64,000 nt of DNA from assembly GCA_951406725.2 (NCBI GenBank), contig OX597841.1, positions 1,364,001-1,428,000 on the forward strand, in the 5' to 3' direction. The position numbers and the translations under genes were made by a program. This document shows, one piece after another, positions 55,095 through 64,000 of the stretch. This DNA is from Octopus vulgaris. Lineage: Eukaryota. The notes beneath the pieces are model-generated. The model ran no database searches and had not been told where the DNA came from. It saw nothing but the letters and a program-made list of their open reading frames with translations. How positions within the stretch are numbered: position 1 is the stretch's first letter; every line of letters begins with the position of its first letter.

Positions 55095-56075
55095 TATATA
55101 TATTACCGTGATCACCATGACTGACCAGGCAATCAGATGTTGCTACACATCGCTGGTCGCAATGCGCTTCGCATTGTTTTAGCCCTCAAATGATGCCACG
55201 CCACTGGCTAAGAGAGCAGGTCAAGAGAAGAAAGAGTGAAAGAAAGTTGTGGTGAAAGAGTACAGCAGGGATCACCACCACCCCCTTCTGGAGCCTTGTG
55301 GAGCTTCAGGTGTTTTCGCTCAATAAACACTCACAACATCCGGTCTGGGAATTGAAACCATGGTCCTACGACTGTGAGTCAACATCATGTGGGGTACATA
55401 TAGTACCTGTATTTTTGTTTTTAAATTATCCAGGTTTACTCTCAAGTAAAGGGTCAGCCCTCAGCCCCAAATCAGTGGTTCTCAATTGAGGTCCATATAA
55501 ACCCTAGGATCCATATGACACCCGAAGGTTCATATGACTCCTGGAGTCCATATAACCCCTGAGGGTCATATGAATTTTTGGGAATCTACACTAGCAAAAT
55601 AGTAAGTTGCAGATCCACAGACTTATTTTAAGGGTCTGTGAAAATCTTTTGATTTTAAATGTATCACAAGAGAAAACCAGGTTTCTTTCCCTAACATTTT
55701 ACTTGGTCAACCCCATACAAGTTAAGGTGTGAATAACAAAATAGGGATTTTCAAGGACGTAGCTATCAAATAAATCATAGTTTTAAAACATCGAATGACT
55801 TTGGTGGGGAAGGGGTCACCAGAATAAGTCAATAATCAAAGGGGTCCACAAGTATAATTTTGTTGGGAGGAGCCACTTGCCTAGATTAATAGAAGGAAGA
55901 CTCTTTCTTTTCTCCGAGGTTTCATTCAGTGTGACTGACCCTTTCCTACATATATTTCTTAACTCTTTGGTGATGTTTGCACTCTCTCTACTCACATACA
56001 TTCATCTATACATACACATATGCACGCACATTCTGTCTGTTTTCTACACACACACACACATTCTCTGTCTCTCTG

Positions 56076-56107
<32 letters not shown>

Positions 56108-56335
56108 TTCGCTCTTTCTTTCTCTCTCTCTCTGCTTGTATTTTCAAATGGTATGGATTCATATGGAATGATTTGGATCTTGTCTCCTTTTTTTCAAGGA
56201 ACTTCTTAATTTCTTATATTCTTATTCTTACACTTATTGTTATGTATCATCTCTTCTTGTTTCTTATGCAACTCTTTACTATTATCCTTTCTCTTAAAAA
56301 ACACCTGTTTTGGCCTCTCTTTTTCTCTTTCTCTT

Positions 56336-56379
<44 letters not shown>

Positions 56380-56489
56380 CTTCCTTTATATAAGCAACGT
56401 TTTTTATGAACCGAGTGTTAGGATTTTAATGTCAATGGTATTAGATTTCTTTGCTGTAAATTTCAGAAAAAAAGGGCAAAAGATGAACC

Positions 56490-57234
56490 ACTTACATAAC
56501 ACTTAGCTTATGTTTACCAAACATTACCTAACACTTACCAAACACTTATATAACACTTACCTAACATTACCTAACACTTACATAACATTACCTAACACTT
56601 ATCTAACACTTACTGAACAGTTAGTCAATGCTCACCCAAGACTTACACAACACGTATATAACACTTACTAAACAGTCAGCCAATACTTACTCAATACTTA
56701 CTAAACAGTCAGCCAACACTTACACAACACTTATCTAACACTTACTGAACAGTTAGCCAATGCTTACCCAACACTTACCAAACACTTATCTAACACTTAC
56801 TGAACAGTCAGCCAATACTTACCCAACACTTACCAAACACTTACTGAACAGTCAGCCAATGCCTACCCAACACTTACCAAACACTTATCTAACACTTACT
56901 AAACAGTTAGCCAATGCTTACCTAACACTTACCAAACACTTATCTAACACTTACTAAACAGTCAGCTAATGCTTACCTAACACTTATCTAACACTTATCT
57001 AACACTTACTAAACAGTCAGCTAATACTTACCCAACACTTACCAAACACTTATCTAACACTTACTAAACAGTCAGCTAATGCTTACCTAACACTTACCAA
57101 ACACTTATCTAACACTTATCTAACACTTACTAAACAGTCAGCTAATACTTACCCAACACTTACACAACACTTATCTAACACTTACTAACCACTTAGCTAA
57201 TGCTTACCTGACACTTACCAAACACTTAGCTAAC
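56490..57234. repeat. 11-bp minisatellite (AACACTTAYYN) with higher-order variants
   Basis: About 65 units: AACACTTACCT, AACACTTATCT, AACACTTACTA, AACAGTCAGCY, AATRCTTACCY. Confidence 0.95.
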
Positions 57235-57289
57235 CTTGAACCCATGAAAAACGAACCTTCACCAACTATTCTGCCTCTATGTCTGTGCA

Positions 57290-57490
57290 CACCTTTCAGT
57301 GCAATGCATGCCAGAAGGTTGGCAAATCTAATGGAGACCTCAAATCACATTTTAAGATCCACAAAGATCTGAACTTATCCTCTGTTCTTGGTGGTCCATA
57401 TTGGACATGTAATATATGTGGGGTGTCTTTTCAAAACATTGTTTGGTTTAAAAAAGCCACATCAGATGCCATGATGGTTCTAAGGTGTAG
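57290..57490 (+). pseudogene. Two degraded C2H2 zinc fingers, probably a LINE ORF C-terminus
   Basis: CNACQKVGKSNGDLKSHFKIH, then CNICG/FKTLFGLKSHIRCH across a frameshift; no TGEKP linker. Confidence 0.65.
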
Positions 57491-57745
57491 GTACAGGAGG
57501 TGGTCAAACCACCACACATACATACATATACATATATATACATATATATATATTATATAATTAGGGCTTAGTAAAATAAATTACTTTGCCACATACTGAA
57601 CTTTCTAGAAATAGCAGCCAAAAAAGTTTTTTTAGCCATTTCCACTACTTAAAGAAAATTTCTCTCAGATAATGTAAATGGTCCTTTTACATACTGAATA
57701 CTTGGTGAAATTGATTAATAACTAATTAATTTTACCCTCAATTGT

Positions 57746-57802
<57 letters not shown>

Positions 57803-58030
57803 TATACATATATATATACATTGAATATTAAATTTCTAAATATCTCTTAGAGATATGTGTGGTGGTGGAGCGATAGAGTGATTCTATACTGTCAACTTAA
57901 TGTGACAGTTCCGTAAGAACACAGGAAATGTGTCAAGGCCGACAGGAAGTGTCGATGCTTCCTAGGGCTAAACAGTGGTGGTGTAATTCCCTTACGGGAC
58001 TGTCACGTTAAGTTGACAGTATACAACCAC

Positions 58031-58081
<51 letters not shown>

Positions 58082-58178
58082 GACAACCACCATACATACA
58101 TACACATATATATACATATATATACATACATACATATATACACATATATAAATATACATACATATATATAGACATACA

Positions 58179-58265
<87 letters not shown>

Positions 58266-58554
58266 TATTAGAATGTTGCAAGAAAGAATCACAAGCTGAA
58301 TTCTTCAAGCCAAGCCGACTGGCAGGAGACCTGGAAGTTGACCAAAAACGAATTGGTGGGATAATCTCCATAGTCTTATTCGAAAGTGACAATAGCTGGG
58401 CAACAATATCTGTTCCAATGATTAGTGGTCACTTGGTCAGGGAATTCTCTGCAATGGTCAACAGTTGATGGCAAGGTGGGCTGTTACGGAAAGCACTATT
58501 GCAAAGTGTGTACGCGTGTGACCAGAGACCCCATGTAAAGTTTATTCCCGAAAT

Positions 58555-58892
58555 TCCGTTGCCAGATCACCTGGCCCCCGTACCAGTGGCACGTAAAAAG
58601 CACCATCTGACCGTGGCCGTTGCCAGCCTCGATTGGCCCCCATGCCGGTGGCACGTAAAAAACACCATCCGATTGTGGCCATTGCCAGCCCCACCTGGGC
58701 CCCGTGCCGGTGGCATGTAAAAAGCACCCACTACACTCATGGAGTAGTTGGCGTTAGGAAGGGCATCCAGCTGTAGAAACATTGCCAGATCAGACTAGGC
58801 CTGGTGCAGCCTTCTGGCTTCCCAGATCCCCGGTCGAACCGTCCAACCCATGCCAGCATGGAAAGCGGACGCTAAATGATGATGATGATGAT
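58555..58892 (+). mobile_element. RTE 3' UTR copy (family C) with three subrepeats
   Basis: Three GTGGCAYGTAAAAARCACC units, then GGAAGGGCATCC and (GAT)n. Confidence 0.88.
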
Positions 58893-59108
58893 CCCAATGC
58901 AAAGGACAATTATGGCCATGGCAACCATAATGTTCTGCGTGCTTGCTCTCTTAATGGGGCATTTGTCACATTCAGATTACTTTGCCTGTTGGAATGATGT
59001 AAGTACAAGTACAATGGTCTCAGTTGCCTGAGAGGGTTCCCGAGGGATCAATCCCCATGTTCTTCTCAGGAATAGGGGGTGAAAAAGGTGGCTGGATTGA
59101 TGAATGGT

Positions 59109-59513
59109 CATCATCATCATTGTTCGACCGTGGTCGAGGCAATGGAATTTACCATGCTATGCCAGACTTCACGGTCCATCATAGCATTATGGAGGTCCTG
59201 TTGCTGGATGCCTGTATCCCTGGGGATTACATCAGGGTAGGAGAGTGTGCGCCCTCTGGTATTGCGAGCTGGCAGAAACGTTAGCACGCCGGGCGAAATG
59301 CTTAGCGGTATTTCGTCTGCGTTACGTTGTGAGTTCAAATTCCACCGAGGTCGACTTTGCCTTTCATCCTTTCGGGGTCGATAAATTAAGTACCAGTTAC
59401 GCACTGGGATCGATGTAATCGACTTAATACCTATGTCTGTCCTTGTGTGTCCCCTCTGTGTTTAGCCCCTTGTGGGTAATAAAGAAATAGGTATTGCAAG
59501 TAGATGGCTTCCA
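59109..59513 (-). mobile_element. RTE (second family) 3' end interrupted by a plus-strand SINE-B (59269-59489)
   Basis: Outer TSD GATGAATGGT at 59099-59108 and 59514-59523; inner TSD GGTATTGCRAG at 59258-59268 and 59490-59500. Confidence 0.9.
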
Positions 59514-59922
59514 GATGAATGGTTGGCTGGTTGGATGGACAGATGATCATATTATGAAGTTCTTTGGGTTGGGCCCCATTATCTTAGAAAGTATGTTTTC
59601 CTTCTCAAAGTCCATTTAGCATGTCAAAGCTCTGTAGCCTGATTTCTGTGACTCATCGGAGTGACTAGGTGCATAAGTAACCCTCTCCTTCTCAGCCCAT
59701 GTCCAGAAACAACTGATATTTTTCGAATGTACAATGCTCTTGCAATTAGCAATTAATTAGTCATTATCGTTTACTTCAACACTTCGAGTTTTTTTTTTTT
59801 TTTAAATAATTGGATAGTCAGTGCAATACAAAAGACATCCGTAGTTTGAGTTTCTCATTAATCCAACACTCCACTCTCATAACTGCTCTCACATTTCCTC
59901 AATCACTCATCCTTTCTCTGTT

Positions 59923-59961
<39 letters not shown>

Positions 59962-60133
59962 TTCTCTTTCTTTCTTTCTTTAATCTTCACTCATCTTTTT
60001 TAAATACCTTCACTAAATTTTTATATATATATCCTTGCATATATCTACACACACACACGCACACACACACATATACCTGTATATATGTAAATATATCTAT
60101 CTATGTATGTATATATAGGAATATGTGTGCATG

Positions 60134-60187
<54 letters not shown>

Positions 60188-60193
60188 TATATA

Positions 60194-60279
<86 letters not shown>

Positions 60280-60293
60280 CATATATATATATA

Positions 60294-60370
<77 letters not shown>

Positions 60371-61199
60371 TACATGCTCATATGTAAGAATGTACATATT
60401 CATATGCACATATACACAGTTATCTGTGTGTGCATGCATAGGTATTCTTTCATATGTACAGTCATACATTTATATACACACACACACACACACACAAATA
60501 TATATACATACACATATTTTATCATATGAATGCTTCTTTTACAAGCACTATTTTTTTTCTTTCTTGCTCAGTCACCATTTTCAGAAGAGCATCATTATTA
60601 TTATTATTATTATTAACACTATTATCAACACTTATTAACTCTATTATTATTATTATTATTATTATTATTATCTGCAGCATTATCTTCACCTCTTTCACTC
60701 ACTTTTGTTACTGATGCTTCAATTTATATAAAAAAAAATAAAGATTGATAACAATACAAGCAGCTAAAAAAATAAAATATCAAAAGAAAAAAAAAAGGGA
60801 TTATGAATATGGCTGTTTTTTCACATTTGTATGTTTCATTGCAGGGGTGGGGATTCAGCCGTACTTGTACTTCATTGTTACTCTGTTTTATTGATAAATA
60901 AAGGGACAACGGGCACAGTTAAGTTTTGGATTTGAGTTTAAGACGATACCTGCTCCTCCACATTCCTCATATCATATTCTGAACTCTTACCACCTATCAC
61001 AAAGCTACCTACCTCATTCCTACACCATGCCATCCTCAACCAAATTCTTTCTTGTTTTGCAAGTTACTTGCACCAGTACATTCTGTAAAATTGGTGTTAG
61101 GAAGGGCATCCAACAGTAGAAGCTGGTATGCCATAGCAGATCTCAGAGGTTAGCACAGTCCTCTGGATCAGCAGTTCCTATTGAACTGTCCTCCCCACA

Positions 61200-61525
61200 T
61201 TTCTTTACTGACCACAAGGGGCTAAACAGCACCGCCTTTAGTCGAACAAATTGACCCCAGGACTTATTCTTTGTAAGCCTAGTACTTATTCTATCGGTCT
61301 CTTTTGCCGAACCGTTAAGCTACGGGGACATAAACACACCAGCATCGGTTGTCAAGCGGTGTTTGGGTGGGGGGCAAACACAAGGGTGATGATGAGTAGG
61401 CTTTGCAATTTGTCTAGCAAATCCACTCTCAAGGCTTTGGTCAGCCCGAGGCTATAGTAGTGGGACTGAACCCAGAACCATGTGGTTGGTAAGCAAGCTG
61501 CTTACCACACAGCAACTCCTGTGCC
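61200..61525 (-). mobile_element. SINE-A body with a SINE-B 3' tail
   Basis: Family A from 61525 to about 61229, then TGTTTAGCCCCTTGTGGTCAGTAAAGAAA (family B tail). Confidence 0.8.
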
Positions 61526-61528
61526 TTT

Positions 61529-61607
61529 AAAAAAATATGGAATGCTTCACGAATTCGCGTGTCATCCTTGCGCAGGGGACATGCTAATCTTCTCTGTATC
61601 GTTCCAA
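61529..61607 (-). pseudogene. 5'-truncated U6 snRNA copy
   Basis: TTGGAACGATACAGAGAAGATTAGCATGTCCCCTGCGCAAGGATGACACGCGAATTCGTGAAGCATTCCATATTTTTTT; ACAGAGA box intact, about 3 differences from metazoan U6, first ~30 nt missing. Confidence 0.95.
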
Positions 61608-62065
61608 ATTGCCGTGGCCATGATTGTCCTTCGTATTGGGACCATGTCTGGAATTTCAGTGGGAATAAACTTTAGTAGTTGTCGAAAATTAATTACTCTC
61701 CTTCTTCTTCTACTTCTTCTTCTTCTCCTTCTTCTTCTTCTCCTCCTCCTCCCACTCCTCCTCCTCCTCCTTCTTCTTCTTCTTCTCCTTTTTCTCCTCC
61801 TCCTCCTCCTCCTTCTAAACGTTTCTGTCATTCTGTTCAGCATCCATGCTCTGCCCTTCACTCCCAGCTCACAATTTTTTGCTTCATATTCAATTGCATC
61901 GTTGTGTCCTGGTCGCGTGACATGAGGACTCAGGCACCAACCACGTTTCCCCCACGATTCTTCAGTGCTTTAACCATTATCTGTTGTTGTTATTTGTTCG
62001 CTTCTCACCATATTGTCTCCTCTCTGATATTATGTATCATATATATATGTGTGTGTGTGTGTGCG

Positions 62066-62097
<32 letters not shown>

Positions 62098-62346
62098 CGT
62101 ATACATATATGTGTGTGTGTACGTATATATGTATATATATATATATATATATATTTAAATATATACATGTATATGTATATATATGTATATATATATATGC
62201 TTATATATGTGTGTGTATGTGTATGCGCGTGTGTGCATGTGTATATTATATACATATATGTATGTGCATGTATAAATTATATATAGATGTACTTATATAT
62301 ATATATATAAAAGTTAATTGAGATACATATATATAAACATATATAT

Positions 62347-62393
<47 letters not shown>

Positions 62394-62408
62394 CATATAT
62401 TTTTTAAT

Positions 62409-62463
<55 letters not shown>

Positions 62464-64000
62464 TTGACTACTTTGCCATTATTTATGTTTCTTGCAAACA
62501 AAAGGGAACACAAAAGACAGTCCAGTTCTCATTTGGTGCCTCTGCAATAAATGCTTCCATAGAATGTTTCGCATTAATCTTCCAGTGTGACTTCATTCCT
62601 AGAATGATATATCAACCAAGCAACCTACTGGACAGGGATATTGTTTCACTTTGTGATAGCTCTGTATGTCTTTGAATGTGTGTAAATGATGAAATAATCA
62701 CCACGTGTAACATCTCAGCCAGCTGTCTCTTACAATGGCCCCCGCTCAACCAATGCCTTGAGAGTGAATTTGGCAGATGGAAACTGAAAGAAGCTCTTGG
62801 TGTGTATGTATGTATGTATATATGTGTATATGTATGCATGTATGTATGTATTAGGACAACTTTTAGCACAACATTCTTTTAAATTCCACTTATAATTGGA
62901 GAGAACTGTAGCGTTTCTTTTTATATTCAGGAAAGAATAAATGAGATTGTGTAAATCATTCTTAGAATTATCTTGTCTCAATAAACGGTAAAGTCATTTC
63001 ATAGAAATATCTTTTAATCTATTTAGCCCATATCTGGCTCAAATATTCTACTTGTTTTAAGTTCAAACTGACCAGTTCCAACATTCCACACTTAACCTAC
63101 ATTGTCATTAACCCTTTCGTTACCAACCTGGCTGAAACCAGCTCTGGCTCTGTAGTACAAATGTCTTGTTTCCATAAGTTTTGCATTGAAATATACCACC
63201 AAACCTTAGTCACAATTTATGTTCCTAACTCTAGCTTAATGATAACTAAGTTATTTTACTAAATTCTTTGTTATATTTAAAATAATTGAAAGAAACACAG
63301 AACATCTCAAAATAAATACAGTAACGAAAGGGTTAAAAGATAATATCATCAAAATCTTCATGTTATGAGATAATATATGATTAATTCAAAAGAATGTCAT
63401 TTAATAAACATTGCATTTGACTGAGTACTCAGAATGTTAAATGGTTAAAATAACCATATCATACTTTGGAAAACATTTGCTTTACAATGGCATGTGTGTT
63501 TGTATGCGCATGAGTGTGTGTGTGTGTGTATGTGTGTTTATGATAGTATTTGTGATCAATCAGTGCTTAACATCTGGTGTGGGTTTGTTTACATCCTTGC
63601 ACCTTAACAGTTCAGCAAAATGAGCCTGACAAAACAAGTACCTGATTTAAAAAATAGGTACTTGGTTCAATTTGACAAAAATTTTCAAAGGGACGCTCAA
63701 GCAATGGCTGCTATCTCGGAGGCTGCAACTAGTGAAAGAAAATAAAGCAAACAGGATTTTTTTTTAAAATGTCTGTATTTGAAACGTTGCTTTGTCGATG
63801 TAAGAAAAGAACTTAAGCATGAGGACCAAACAGAAGCTTACAATCCATTCTATCACCAGACACAATGAGAATAACATGACATTTGAAAATAAGCCTCTTT
63901 GCAGAGCTGATGATCTGATTGGCTTTATAATGCAAGAAACCTAAAATAATGCAAGTGAACCCCCTTATTCTATATTATAATATGTATATATATATATGTA

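Noticed and set aside
58620-58640. HDV-like ribozyme in family C subrepeats (GCCAGCCTCG..TGGC resembles HDV P3/L3)
   Set aside because: No P1, P2 or J4/2 partners could be assigned
61529-61607. Functional U6 gene
   Set aside because: The 5' stem-loop is missing, it has substitutions, and no promoter is recognisable

Overview
AT-rich, microsatellite-saturated animal genomic DNA, most likely an octopod cephalopod (inferred from the repeat landscape, not verified). The only well-supported host gene is a + strand CAMKL/AMPK-related (HUNK/MARK-like) Ser/Thr kinase. Three phase-compatible GT-AG exons are visible (29779-29908, 36514-36659, 42176-42330; subdomains VII-XI), and no N-lobe exons were found. 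The rest is di/tri/tetranucleotide microsatellites, three tRNA-derived SINE families (here A, B, D), RTE and CR1 LINE remnants, mariner/Tc1, hAT and Helitron remnants, and many short fold-back elements. Nearly all supplied ORFs are microsatellite or repeat artefacts. Main observations: (1) several unrelated fold-back, Penelope-like elements carry type I hammerhead ribozyme motifs, including a canonical one at 18661-18741 and a U3-A8 variant at 12081-12128; (2) a U6 snRNA fragment is joined to a SINE-A whose tail is swapped for a SINE-B tail; (3) an RTE 3' UTR carries variable-copy arrays of a predicted H-type pseudoknot with a compensatory change; (4) SINE-B forms nested and TSD-bounded concatemeric insertions at GGTA; (5) a perfect 167-bp inverted repeat and other hairpins lie in one kinase intron; (6) an 11-bp minisatellite is built from splice-signal-like words.
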